Position numbers and translations under genes: made by a program | The notes under the pieces: generated by a model | Seen by the model: the letters and a program-made list of their open reading frames with translations, nothing else | Database searches by the model: none | What the model was told of the DNA's origin: nothing | In this document: in pieces, positions 1-9,672 of the stretch | Layout of the letters: each line of letters starts with the position of its first letter | Numbering within the stretch: the first letter of the stretch is position 1 | Source: Sulfolobales archaeon | GTDB lineage: Archaea > Thermoproteota > Thermoprotei_A > Sulfolobales > AG1 | Length of the DNA stretch: 64,000 nucleotides | NCBI GenBank assembly: GCA_038867615.1 | Contig: JAWBYA010000002.1 | Span: forward strand, 192,001 to 256,000 | Direction: 5' to 3'

Positions 1-360
1 TGTATAGTTCCCCATGATCATGATGTGGTATCCTCCAGGCTCTAGCCTAGCCTCTGATCTGCCTGGTATGCATATAGAATCCACAGGCTCCATCCTGGCT
101 ACACCGCTGCTCATAACAGTTCTATGGATCTCTGCCTTCATCTTCATGGGGCTTATCATTTCAACACCTACCAAGCAGTCCTGCCCAAACCCGTGGTTAT
201 GGATCATCATATAGACACCTATTACCCTTGGCGTTATTTTCCCATACTGGTCGTGGATCTCTATGGATGGTGCTGCAAAATATGGGATTGCTAGATATAG
301 AGACGCAACTGCTATTACCACCACAACCGCTGCTAGGATTAATAGCTCTCGCTTCTCTAT
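1..360 (-). CDS. Copper chaperone PCu(A)C family, membrane-anchored; 3' end runs off the window
   Basis: Not in the ORF track. Minus-strand frame reads (I)EKRELLILAAVVVVIAVASLYLAIP...GVYMMIHNHG...AEIHRTVMSSGVARM...LEPGGYHIMIMG, the H-x-M...HxM PCuAC pattern. Start inferred at ATA 360, 7 nt after GGTG. Confidence 0.8.
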   Translation of the reverse strand, partial: MEKRELLILAAVVVVIAVASLYLAIPYFAAPSIEIHDQYGKITPRVIGVYMMIHNHGFGQDCLVGVEMISPMKMKAEIHRTVMSSGVARMEPVDSICIPGRSEARLEPGGYHIMIMGNYT

Positions 361-443
361 AATAAACCACCATGCATAAGCCTGCTGGGAATTATATAAG
401 TGTTCTTAAAGATCTGCATATAGTTATATAGATCCTTATAGAG

Positions 444-728
444 CTACCTATTAGCAGCCTCAGCCTCCTCACCAAACACGGCTTCGTAGATATATAGTAC
501 TGCCACGGCTACTCCTCCTATGAGGGCTATTGTCAGCATGATCTCCGATGCCATGCCAGCAACCCCAACCCTGTTTATCCCTAGCAATGAGGCACAGAAT
601 GCTATGAAATCCGACAAGACCCCCCTATCTATCCCCAGCCTTATCATTATCGAGACGAGTATTGGGACTCCTACTAGGAAGAAGCTCAGCAGCGCTATGA
701 ATGGTAACGGTAGTGTTTTCCTACCCAT
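444..728 (-). CDS. Small membrane protein (2-3 TM), unknown function
   Basis: ATG 728 follows GGTGGAG; hydrophobic helices; TTATAA box near 784. Confidence 0.6.
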   Translation of the reverse strand: MGRKTLPLPFIALLSFFLVGVPILVSIMIRLGIDRGVLSDFIAFCASLLGINRVGVAGMASEIMLTIALIGGVAVAVLYIYEAVFGEEAEAANR

Positions 729-819
729 GCTCCACCTAGAATCCATATCCCTCTGGGGTAGATATGCTTGGCATCTATAACGGTTATAAGCCTCTATTTC
801 TATAAGCCCTTGGGGTCTC

Positions 820-1044
820 ATGACTCTATCAAGGATCAGGCTCTATGTGCTGGGTCTAGCGCTAACAGCCCTCATAATGTCGGCTGTTTTTGGAGCCATA
901 TTCATCTTTATCCACGAGATCAACATAACCCTCATAATAGCAGCTGTTGCTGTGATCCTTGTTGTTTGGGGTGTTAATACATACTATCTATTAAGGATCA
1001 TCGATGAAGAGGAGAGGGTTGGGGCTAGGGCTGGAGAGGACTAG
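820..1044 (+). CDS. Small two-TM membrane protein
   Basis: 74 aa with two hydrophobic stretches, directly upstream of thpR. Confidence 0.6.
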   Translation: MTLSRIRLYVLGLALTALIMSAVFGAIFIFIHEINITLIIAAVAVILVVWGVNTYYLLRIIDEEERVGARAGED

Positions 1045-1046
1045 CC

Positions 1047-1616
1047 TTGCCAAGGCTATTCGTCGCTGTCGAGATCGAGGATAGCTCTACGCTCTCAAGG
1101 ATTATTGGGGTTAGGGATAGGATCTCTGGTTTGGGTGTTGATCTAAAGCCTGTTGAGGATGAAAACATACACCTCACACTAAGGTTTCTCGGGGATGTCG
1201 AGGATTCACTGATCCCGAGTATATATAGGGCTGTTGACGAGCTCTCATCCTTCGGATCTTTTGTAATGAGGGTAAGGGGCATAGGGGCTTTTCCAAGTAC
1301 TAAGAATCCCAGGGTTGTCTGGGTTGGTGTTGCTGATGGGAGCGAGATTCTCAGGTCTATGAGGAGCGCTCTTGACAGGGGTCTCAGAGGGCTTAGGGTC
1401 CATGAGGATGAGCATGCCTTTCACCCACACATAACAATAGCCAGAGTTAGGGGTAGGTCTAACCTCGATATCCTCTCGAGATATATCGAGGAGAACATAG
1501 ATCTAGAGTTTGGAGTATCCCCGGTCACCAAGGTTGTTCTCAAGAAGAGCACACTAACCCCAAGGGGACCTATATATTCCGATCTCAGGGTAGTGGTTCT
1601 CTCGGGCCCTAGGTGA
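1047..1616 (+). CDS. thpR: RNA 2',3'-cyclic phosphodiesterase (2H family, LigT/ThpR)
   Basis: RLFVAV start, two HxT motifs (HLTLRF, HITIAR), GPIY C-terminus. Confidence 0.95.
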   Translation: MPRLFVAVEIEDSSTLSRIIGVRDRISGLGVDLKPVEDENIHLTLRFLGDVEDSLIPSIYRAVDELSSFGSFVMRVRGIGAFPSTKNPRVVWVGVADGSEILRSMRSALDRGLRGLRVHEDEHAFHPHITIARVRGRSNLDILSRYIEENIDLEFGVSPVTKVVLKKSTLTPRGPIYSDLRVVVLSGPR

Positions 1617-3032
1617 TCAGTCGCTCCGGCTTGTTTGGAGATCTATAAGGTATCTTGGGAGCGATGCTAGGAAGCATGCCAGCCATTCCTTAAAACCCTT
1701 GCCTCCCTCCCAGGTTTTAAGGATCTCTTCCGGGTCTAGGTAGATCCTGTCAACCCCTACTATATCCCTCGGTAGTTGGGATGCGATTATGATCCTCTCT
1801 ATAGCATCTATAACAGATCTATTCCTCTTCCTAACTCCGTGGAGCCTTCCATGATCGTCTATCCAGAAGCCCTCGCCCATTGATAGTTGTTTCTCTATAA
1901 ACTCTATGGAGTTATCGACATTCGCGGGAGGCCCCTCCACATGGATCGGTTCTTCTGGGTTGCATGATAGGAGTTCTAGGATTATTAGAGCCTTGTTAGA
2001 AGCCTCATCCCAGTACTCGTCTCTCCTAAGTACTGGGTAGTTCTCTGACGAGAGTATATTATATATTCTCCTCGATAGGCTCTTAACCTCCCCCCATATA
2101 TTGTCTGGAGCATTTTGCCCGAGCTTTAGCTGGATGGCAACTATACACGACCCCCTTTCCCTCTGCTTCGAGATAGCCGTTTTAAGGCGAGTCTCGCTGA
2201 TCTCGGGGGGTTCGAAGAAGAACCTCCCGGGTTTTTCTAGATATAGCTTTGAGGCTAGGATAAAGCTTGAGAGGCTCTTAATAGTAACAGCGGCTCCCGC
2301 GTTTCTCCTAACATCGACTGGGTCTGGTATTATGAGTGCTGATCCCTTGAAGAGTCTTCTAGCATCATCCACAGAGATCTTATCCTCAGCCCCTGGGGGT
2401 ATTACGACTACAGGGGGTCTCCATCTAGAGGCTCTCTCAAGAACCTCGAGGAAGCCTCCATAGCTTATTATGAGTAGCTCTGCAACATACCCCGAGAAAC
2501 CGCCAACCTTTATCTCGGCACCATATACCTCGACACCCTTCATGAACTTCTTAAGAAGCCTCACATGGTCCTTGAGATCCTCTCTAAGCATTTTCCTAAC
2601 ATATTCTGTGTGGAATGGCGTTCTATCAGCCGCTGTTAGAGCTTCTGAAGCCTTCTCGATCTTTATAGCGGGAACTATATCTGCTTCGAAACCCTCTATC
2701 CTTGCCCTGAGGTATGGGTGCTCGGCATATCTCTCTTCAACCTCTATGTCGCCTAGGGCTTTTCTGGCAAGCCTTACAAAGTTATCCCTGATCCATTTCC
2801 TCCCAAGCTCTCTCGGGATTAGGACAAAGACGTCTAGATCCAGATCCCCTGAGATAGCCGTCCCCTTAGCTATAGATCCGTAGAGATCTATTGAGAAACC
2901 GTCTCTAAAAACCTCTGAGAGTCTCTCCCTGATAAGATCATAGATCCTATGGGCTTTCCTGATCTCCTCCTCAGATGGTCTGATCCTCTCTAGAATCTCT
3001 AGAGCTATTTTCCAAGCATCACTGCTAGGCAA
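1617..3032 (-). CDS. cca: CCA-adding enzyme, class I
   Basis: GSIAKGT...DLDVF nucleotidyltransferase motif, YAEHPY, DRTPFHT, GGFSGY, DPVD. Confidence 0.97.
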   Translation of the reverse strand: MPSSDAWKIALEILERIRPSEEEIRKAHRIYDLIRERLSEVFRDGFSIDLYGSIAKGTAISGDLDLDVFVLIPRELGRKWIRDNFVRLARKALGDIEVEERYAEHPYLRARIEGFEADIVPAIKIEKASEALTAADRTPFHTEYVRKMLREDLKDHVRLLKKFMKGVEVYGAEIKVGGFSGYVAELLIISYGGFLEVLERASRWRPPVVVIPPGAEDKISVDDARRLFKGSALIIPDPVDVRRNAGAAVTIKSLSSFILASKLYLEKPGRFFFEPPEISETRLKTAISKQRERGSCIVAIQLKLGQNAPDNIWGEVKSLSRRIYNILSSENYPVLRRDEYWDEASNKALIILELLSCNPEEPIHVEGPPANVDNSIEFIEKQLSMGEGFWIDDHGRLHGVRKRNRSVIDAIERIIIASQLPRDIVGVDRIYLDPEEILKTWEGGKGFKEWLACFLASLPRYLIDLQTSRSD

Positions 3033-3188
3033 GCCGTTCTCCAGAGATCATTCCCAGGAATCGCTTATAAGTAGGAGCAAGCCTGTTAGAGTATTATCTA
3101 CTCAGTGACCAAATAGATCTATGGATTAAATAGGTAAACAAAACAGAGGAGAAATATTTGAGAGAAAAAACATATCTAGTTCTAAGCC

Positions 3189-4541
3189 TTACTTCGCAGC
3201 AACAGCCTTCCTTACCTGGAGGAATGTTAGCAGTGCGAATACGAATGCCAGCAGAGCTAGTACTATCGCAACCGCTATAGGTGTCATTAACCCGCCAACG
3301 CTGGAGTTAACACCGTCTATCTTGCCACTGAGATCCCTGCTAACAGTATCGAGCTTTGAGCTGACGCCAGCTACTGCAGATGATAGTGCGTCTCTAGCAG
3401 AGGTTATCGAGCCCCTCAGGTCGGAGGCTACTGTGTCTAGCTTGCCAGATAGTGTGTCTAGCTTGCCTGAAAGGTCTCTCTGCCCTGTTAGCAGTGTTGC
3501 TATGTCTGTCCTCATCCCTGTTATATCTGTTCTCAAGCCAGCCACCGTTGCTCTGAGATCGTCTAGAACAGCTATCCTAGTCCTTATATCTGCCACAGCA
3601 GATGATACACCTGCTATCGAGCTGTTTAGGCTAGCCACACCGCTCTTGAGATCGCTTGATATTGTGTCAAGCTTTGAGGATATATCGCTCAGAGCTGTTG
3701 TCAGTGCTGCCTGTGCTGCCTGGAACTGCTGCGTGAGGCTTGCCACCTGTGATGATAGGCTTGCCACCTGTGCTTGTAGGGCTGATAGGCTTGTGTTGAG
3801 CTGCTGGAGTGTTGACGCAACAGCACTTGTCTGGGTAGATAGTGCAGACAGCTGTGCTTGTACGGCTTGTAGCTGTGCTTGTACTGCTGCTAGCTGTGAT
3901 GATAGGTTAGCGTTCTGCTGCTGGAGCTGTGCTATCAGGCTTGCTAGCGATGTTATCTTTATATCGCCCACGTTGTTGACGCCAACAGATACTGTGACTC
4001 TAACGGATGTGCTTAGATAGTTCGGGGCACTTACCGCCAGTGTGTAGCTGCCTGGGTTGACGCTCACACTGAACCTACCGTCAGCACCTGTTGTTGCTCT
4101 CACACCTGCTTCGACGAGCTTTACAGTAGCACCCTCCACTGGGGCTCCTGTCTCGTCGATCACTCTCCCGGTTACAGAGGCTAGTGCCGCTAGCCTGAAT
4201 GTTGTCTCGGCAACAGCTGCGTCTTGCTGTGCCCTCACCCTATAGGTTCCCGGTGGGAAGTTGGGGTCTGGCGTTGTTGGTAGTGTGAAGCTCGTTGTTA
4301 CTGTACCATCGGTCCCTGCTGTCCTCTGGTCTAGGAATACTAGAGCGTTGTTAGGGTTATACACACCTATAACGACATCCCTGTTAGGGGTTGCCCCCGA
4401 TACTGTTATAACCACTGTCTCCCCACTGACATATTCTGATTTGTTTGTTGCTACTGCTAGCTGTGCCAGCGCTATTGGCACCATGCTTGCTAGGATTATA
4501 GCGGTGATCGCTATTAGAGCGGCTTTGGCAGTGCTTCTCAT
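3189..4541 (-). CDS. S-layer membrane anchor/stalk protein (SlaB-like architecture)
   Basis: Signal peptide, Ig-like and carboxypeptidase-regulatory-like beta domains, long coiled coil, C-terminal TM with basic tail; ATG 4541 after GAGGTG; coupled to the upstream surface gene. Confidence 0.7.
   Translation of the reverse strand: MRSTAKAALIAITAIILASMVPIALAQLAVATNKSEYVSGETVVITVSGATPNRDVVIGVYNPNNALVFLDQRTAGTDGTVTTSFTLPTTPDPNFPPGTYRVRAQQDAAVAETTFRLAALASVTGRVIDETGAPVEGATVKLVEAGVRATTGADGRFSVSVNPGSYTLAVSAPNYLSTSVRVTVSVGVNNVGDIKITSLASLIAQLQQQNANLSSQLAAVQAQLQAVQAQLSALSTQTSAVASTLQQLNTSLSALQAQVASLSSQVASLTQQFQAAQAALTTALSDISSKLDTISSDLKSGVASLNSSIAGVSSAVADIRTRIAVLDDLRATVAGLRTDITGMRTDIATLLTGQRDLSGKLDTLSGKLDTVASDLRGSITSARDALSSAVAGVSSKLDTVSRDLSGKIDGVNSSVGGLMTPIAVAIVLALLAFVFALLTFLQVRKAVAAK
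3432..3467. repeat. 21-bp-period tandem duplication (TGTGTCTAGCTTGCC x2) in the stalk; similar 21-bp-period pairs near 3736-3773 and 3851-3884
   Basis: Direct reading; encodes LSGKLDT-LSGKLDT heptads. Confidence 0.85.
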
Positions 4542-4552
4542 GGTAGCCACCT

Positions 4553-7459
4553 CTAGATCCTCACGGCAGCCCTATAGCTTTGCTGAGATATAGCTGAGGC
4601 CGCGATCCCGGGCGCCACAGTGCCGCCAACAACTGTTACCGTGAACTCAAGCTTATCAGCTAGAGGCGTTAGGTCTGTGAGGCTCTTGACAGCAGTTATC
4701 CTCACGGTATAGCTGCCTGGGGCTGGGAATGCGAATGAGAACGTCATACCGATCGTCTGGCCAGCCGGTATTGTTATCACCAGGGCCTGGATTGTTAGCG
4801 GTACTCCTCTAGCATCTAGCACCTGGAAGAGGAATGTTGCTGTGGTTGCCACTGGGTTGTTGTTGGTCGCGTTGAGTGAGAATAGCACTAGCCTTCCAGC
4901 AACAGGCTGTGTCACAGGAGTACCATCGGCATAGGTCATTGTAGCTGTTGGTGGGAACGATACTGGCTTCTCCAACACCTGACCAACAGTTGCCCTAGCA
5001 ACTATATCCTTAGCTCTCCCAGTTGCAGCATAGTCAGCTGGATACGAATCTGTGTATGTCACTGTTATCACATCACCGAACCTGGCGAATATGTAGCCAG
5101 ACCTGCCGAAATCTTCAGGTCTGTTGGAGACCGTGATATAGCCTATGAATGTCCCAGGTACTAAGAATAGCTCGTTCAACGTAACAGACACGCCTATAGG
5201 ATCGCTGGTTGATGTGACTCTGACAGTAACAGTCCCAATAGCGTCTGGATCAGTTACATTTATAGTTATAACATCGCCAGGCATGTAGAACGGCTTATCA
5301 AGCCTAACCACACCGTCGAAGCTTACGAAGAATACCGTGGATGTCACAATAATAGGCCCTGCAGGTGTTGATGGATCTGTGTATATTATCTCGATCCTCC
5401 CACCCAGCAATAGCTCTCTAACAGTTGGTGCGAACAAGCTCTTACTAGGCGTATCTCTAAACACGCCTGTGTTCTTATCGGTCTCAGTGGCTGTCCTAGT
5501 TATAACTGTGCCGTTCCATAGTCTAATGCTATAAGTTATAGTATCCTGGCTGTTTATGTTCCTATTCATATCAGGATCCCTTATTACCACATTAAGACTG
5601 CCATGAGGCCCTGTCCTGGTACCATCAGCAGGGCTTTCTATAGAACCAGCTGTGGCTAGAACTCTAACGCTGGCTGTAACAGTCCTAGACACCCAGCTCG
5701 AAGCACCCAGAGGAGTCTCTACTGAGTTGTTGTGCACGTAGCTAAACGTAATAACCTTCCCTGGATCAGCATATATATTGCCATCATTAGCAACCGTTAG
5801 GAGAGCTGTGAACACACCGCTGTTTGGAGCAGTCTCATTAAGCGTTACAGTCGTTGGGAAAGCAGCTCCCGAAACCTTCACAACCAGTGTGTCGAATTTC
5901 GATGTGTCGTTGTTGGCCGCTGGGTTGACAACTGTAATACTTATAGCATTTCCATATACCACATTAACAGAGGCTGTTTCGTTAACACTTATAGATACAT
6001 CAACAACCCTTATAGGTATGTCTCTGCGCTCCTTCACACCAGATGGGGATAGATACTCCACCCTCAAGAAGCCATTCTGAACCTGGTATGGCGGCTGGAA
6101 AGCAGCACTACCATTAATCAATATCACCACAGACACGGTGGGAAGCCTGGGTATCACATGCGGTGTAGTCGCGTTCAGCTGCAGATTACTCTTGAAGGCG
6201 TTTCCTACAGCATTATAGATCGTTATGTTGAGCGTCTTACCAAACACAACCTGGTTAGAGGCGTCTGTTATATAAGGATCTACTATGGTCACATTGATCG
6301 ATATGTTATAATCAGTAGTAGCTGGTATGAAATCCCTATCAACAAACACACTAACCGGGGCAGGAGGCGCCACAGTTATAGTTACATTGACAACGTCGAA
6401 GTAATTCTTAATAGCTGAAGCACCAAAGTCCGTGATCTGCTGTGCATCAATACCTGTGCCAGCACCGAATAACGCGCCAGCTAGGTCAAATGCTGGTGTT
6501 GAGTTTGCCTTAGGCACCAGTATCGATATGTTATAGCTACCCTCCTTAAGTATCTTGCCTGTGGCGAAGAATCTCCCGGTAGCATTAACACCAGTACTAT
6601 TCACAAGCATACCCAGAGTATTCACACCAGTATTCCAGAACTTCCCAGTATTTCTACCAGTCTCGATCAGGGTGAAGTTGTTCGTCAGATAGTATCCAAG
6701 GCTATCATTACCAAACACGATATATATAGTCGTATTATCCCTCAAATTCCACCATACATTGAGATCTGGTGCCGTCACATTAAATATACCCGTTAGAGGA
6801 ACATCATCAACACTAGCTCTTGAAGACACCGTGCTCGGAATCCCCTCAACACCTGATGCTGCTGTGTGTTTGAAGATCAGCTCCTTGAATACCACAGGAG
6901 TCCCAGCAAAGCTTGTGTTGAATATCTGTATAATGTCACCACTACTCATATTAAGTGCTGGGGCAACAAATGCAGGCGAGCATGTTGCGTTCCTGAAATC
7001 TGTTAGGCTTGTCGGTCCGGGGGGTGTTGCGTTATGGAAAGCCAGGTGCGTGTTGTTTATAAATACTGTTGTGCTATATACGCTTACAAGAGCGCCGTCA
7101 ACGGCTGGTCTTGCTGTTACTTCACATGTGAATCTTATAACCGTCCTATCGGGTGATAGAACTCTTAGACCTATTTTTACTGTTGGGAATGTGGTCGTAT
7201 TTACGAAATCATTGAAGGTTATGTTTACCAGCACTGTGTTGTTGAACCATATGTTGCCGTTGAATGGAGCGCCATCCCTTGATGTAGTTACTGCGGAAAC
7301 ATTATCTGCCGCTACTGTCTGGGCGCTTGCTATTAATGGTCTTCCCAGTATTGATACTAGGGGTGCTGGTGCTACTCCGAGTATTGATGCTACTATTAAT
7401 CCTAGGATTGTTGTTCCAACTATTCTTCTAACCAGATCTAATCTAGATCTTCCTGCCAC
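4553..7459 (-). CDS. Major S-layer-like glycoprotein (SlaA-like)
   Basis: Signal peptide; T/V/N-rich beta modules with a recurring D-x-D-x-N...ET-xx-NTG-x-F motif (ETGRNTGKF, ETAPNSGVF, ETDKNTGVF); many N-x-S/T sequons. Confidence 0.75.
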   Translation of the reverse strand: MAGRSRLDLVRRIVGTTILGLIVASILGVAPAPLVSILGRPLIASAQTVAADNVSAVTTSRDGAPFNGNIWFNNTVLVNITFNDFVNTTTFPTVKIGLRVLSPDRTVIRFTCEVTARPAVDGALVSVYSTTVFINNTHLAFHNATPPGPTSLTDFRNATCSPAFVAPALNMSSGDIIQIFNTSFAGTPVVFKELIFKHTAASGVEGIPSTVSSRASVDDVPLTGIFNVTAPDLNVWWNLRDNTTIYIVFGNDSLGYYLTNNFTLIETGRNTGKFWNTGVNTLGMLVNSTGVNATGRFFATGKILKEGSYNISILVPKANSTPAFDLAGALFGAGTGIDAQQITDFGASAIKNYFDVVNVTITVAPPAPVSVFVDRDFIPATTDYNISINVTIVDPYITDASNQVVFGKTLNITIYNAVGNAFKSNLQLNATTPHVIPRLPTVSVVILINGSAAFQPPYQVQNGFLRVEYLSPSGVKERRDIPIRVVDVSISVNETASVNVVYGNAISITVVNPAANNDTSKFDTLVVKVSGAAFPTTVTLNETAPNSGVFTALLTVANDGNIYADPGKVITFSYVHNNSVETPLGASSWVSRTVTASVRVLATAGSIESPADGTRTGPHGSLNVVIRDPDMNRNINSQDTITYSIRLWNGTVITRTATETDKNTGVFRDTPSKSLFAPTVRELLLGGRIEIIYTDPSTPAGPIIVTSTVFFVSFDGVVRLDKPFYMPGDVITINVTDPDAIGTVTVRVTSTSDPIGVSVTLNELFLVPGTFIGYITVSNRPEDFGRSGYIFARFGDVITVTYTDSYPADYAATGRAKDIVARATVGQVLEKPVSFPPTATMTYADGTPVTQPVAGRLVLFSLNATNNNPVATTATFLFQVLDARGVPLTIQALVITIPAGQTIGMTFSFAFPAPGSYTVRITAVKSLTDLTPLADKLEFTVTVVGGTVAPGIAASAISQQSYRAAVRI

Positions 7460-7497
7460 TATCTAGTCACCTTCGTTATTTGTATTAGGGGTAGGCG

Positions 7498-7530
7498 TAT
7501 AAAAAGGTTGTGTGCATTTGTGTGCACAAC
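7498..7530 (-). promoter_or_regulatory. TATA box (TTTTTATA) of the S-layer operon with an adjacent TTGTGTGCA direct repeat
   Basis: TATAAAAA at 7498-7505 on +; repeats at 7508-7516 and 7518-7526. Confidence 0.65.
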
Positions 7531-7728
7531 TGTATCCAGATCTTAATGTTGATCCTAGATCCTCATTCTAGTTATGGATTTGGGCTTTCATCGCCCCATT
7601 TTCGTGTTCCAGGCGGGTCTTTCTCACAATCTATCATCCAGGTTCACATGTAGATCTCTATTCCGTTTTATTGTGATATGGTTTGTTTTGATTGGTTCTT
7701 TGCTAGCCGGGTTTTCTGAGTACTCCTG

Positions 7729-9030
7729 CTACTTGGTTTTTATGATCGATATGTCGTCTATGATGTAGATCTTGTTTCCATTGCTAGCTGTTACAAGCCC
7801 GTCTTGTTTTTTGTAGATTGTTGCGTTGCTATAGGTTTTCGCTGTTCCTTGTGCTGTTAGTCCGTAGATCCATGTGTGGGTAGGTGTTGCCGGGAGTGGT
7901 GGGTAGATGTAGCAGTCTCTGTCTGTTGGTATGTATAGTATTTGGATGCCCAGGGATATTGAGAGTGTTGTTTGTGTGCTGCTATAGCTTGCCACCTGTG
8001 CTGCCCATGTTGGTCTGTAGTATAGGTATCCCCAATCGTAGTAGCATATGAGTGTGCTGGCACCCACGATCCCTAGGTCTCCTGGTGAGAGCCTGTTTGT
8101 TGTTATAGATATGCTCCAGCCGCTTGGCATGTCTGCTAGTGTGAGGGTTGCTGTGTATGTTGCGCCCCATGATAGATATGTTTCTCTGGACACGCTTCCC
8201 ACAGCGCTTGAGGGGATTATTACGATCTGTCTCGATACCTTAACACCGAGTATCGGGTCGTATGTGTAGCTAACAGTATCCATTAGCACGGAGTAGAGAT
8301 CATGGGTTCTCGTAGCACTCCACGGTGGTGGGAAGCTTATTGTCACGCTCGGCTTCTGGTAACTAACGCTCGGCGGGTTGAACCAGCTTGTTGTATTGAG
8401 CATCCCGAGCTCTGCCGGGGTTTCCTCGAGATATATATACCCATCGATTGGTGATTGGAATATTATGTATCTATTATCGATATCCCACCTATATGTCGTT
8501 ATATTCATCCTCACACCATTCTGGTAATAATATGCTGAATAGCTCGTCAAGCCAGTGTTTATGGCATAGTAGATCCCCCTAACAGCGCTTAACACAATAG
8601 ATGTGTTAGCGATACCTCCATCCCCAAACCTATATATATAGACCCTACCCCTCTCGGTAAACACTGCTAGAAAGCCCCTGCTGGATGCTGCTTGCTGCAA
8701 CTGATCCTTTGAAAGAACCTCAACCCTGGATCCTGGCTCTAGCTTTATAGATTTATTCATAGCCATTACTATCGATGAGCCGTTAGACACAGCTATATAG
8801 ACAATCCTAGCACCAGATCCTGTGTAGGCATAGATGCCCCCGGAGCTCGTGTTGAGATAGAGATCTAGATTCTCCGAAGAAGCCTCTAAAAGACCCCTAA
8901 AAGCCTCTCTATAAGCCTCACCCTGCCTAGAGAGATTAGCCACAGCTGATGAGTATAGAGAAGCAAAGATCACAAGGATCAGGGACATAACTATAGCACC
9001 ATATAGCGAAGAAGCCTCGCCCCTAACCAA
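7729..9030 (-). CDS. Large pilin-like/surface protein with probable class III signal peptide
   Basis: TTG 9030 overlaps the upstream stop; MVRG/EASSLYGAIVMSLILVIF N-terminus; Y/T/S-rich beta C-terminus. The ORF-track start (9192) is probably too far upstream. Confidence 0.6.
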   Translation of the reverse strand: MVRGEASSLYGAIVMSLILVIFASLYSSAVANLSRQGEAYREAFRGLLEASSENLDLYLNTSSGGIYAYTGSGARIVYIAVSNGSSIVMAMNKSIKLEPGSRVEVLSKDQLQQAASSRGFLAVFTERGRVYIYRFGDGGIANTSIVLSAVRGIYYAINTGLTSYSAYYYQNGVRMNITTYRWDIDNRYIIFQSPIDGYIYLEETPAELGMLNTTSWFNPPSVSYQKPSVTISFPPPWSATRTHDLYSVLMDTVSYTYDPILGVKVSRQIVIIPSSAVGSVSRETYLSWGATYTATLTLADMPSGWSISITTNRLSPGDLGIVGASTLICYYDWGYLYYRPTWAAQVASYSSTQTTLSISLGIQILYIPTDRDCYIYPPLPATPTHTWIYGLTAQGTAKTYSNATIYKKQDGLVTASNGNKIYIIDDISIIKTK

Positions 9031-9388
9031 CAACCTCAACAGAAACAACCCCCGAAGAGCTATTGCTAACAATATAGAGGGGCCTCGAAGAGACAGAGAT
9101 CTCAAGAGTCCTTGCAGAACGGGCTGGGATATAGATACCAAGCCCAACAGAAGACCCGTCTGAGAGGATAAGACTAGCAACAGATGAATCAACAGAACCG
9201 TAGTTTACCAAAACCAAAAGCCATGAAGAACCATTAGCAAGAGCATAAACCCTAAGCATAGAGGGAACCTCGACAGAGGGTTGAGTATTAAGAACACCCC
9301 TAGACCTCTCAACAAGGACAACACCTATAGGGATAACAATAGCAAGCATAACAAGAGAAATAACAAGACCCGAAACACCCCTAACCAC
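9023..9388 (-). CDS. Type IV pilin-like protein (class III signal peptide)
   Basis: MVRG/VSGLVISLVMLAIVIPIG; C-terminal beta domain with LVNYG. Confidence 0.7.
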   Translation of the reverse strand: MVRGVSGLVISLVMLAIVIPIGVVLVERSRGVLNTQPSVEVPSMLRVYALANGSSWLLVLVNYGSVDSSVASLILSDGSSVGLGIYIPARSARTLEISVSSRPLYIVSNSSSGVVSVEVVG

Positions 9389-9672
9389 ACAACCCCCAAG
9401 GAAAAAGACCACCTAAATATAAGTGAGAGGGCAGAGCGAAACTAAAGCGCTGGAAACAATCCTGCCAAAAAGATCTCTCCCCAAGCAGAGCCCAGCAACT
9501 CTATGTAATAACCATAGAACAGCCCAAAGCTATCCTAGGAGGAAACATGCCTGGAGAATAGCAACAGGCTGCATGGACCTGAAATCGACGAAGAACTCTA
9601 GATCCTTGCAATGAATCCCTAACGCTGCAAAGGCTAATGCTGGGTAAAGGTGGTTTAGGAAAACACGCTGGA

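Noticed and set aside
7550-7606. C/D-like sRNA on the minus strand (GCGATGA...ATGAGGA)
   Set aside because: No acceptable D or D' boxes at guide spacing.
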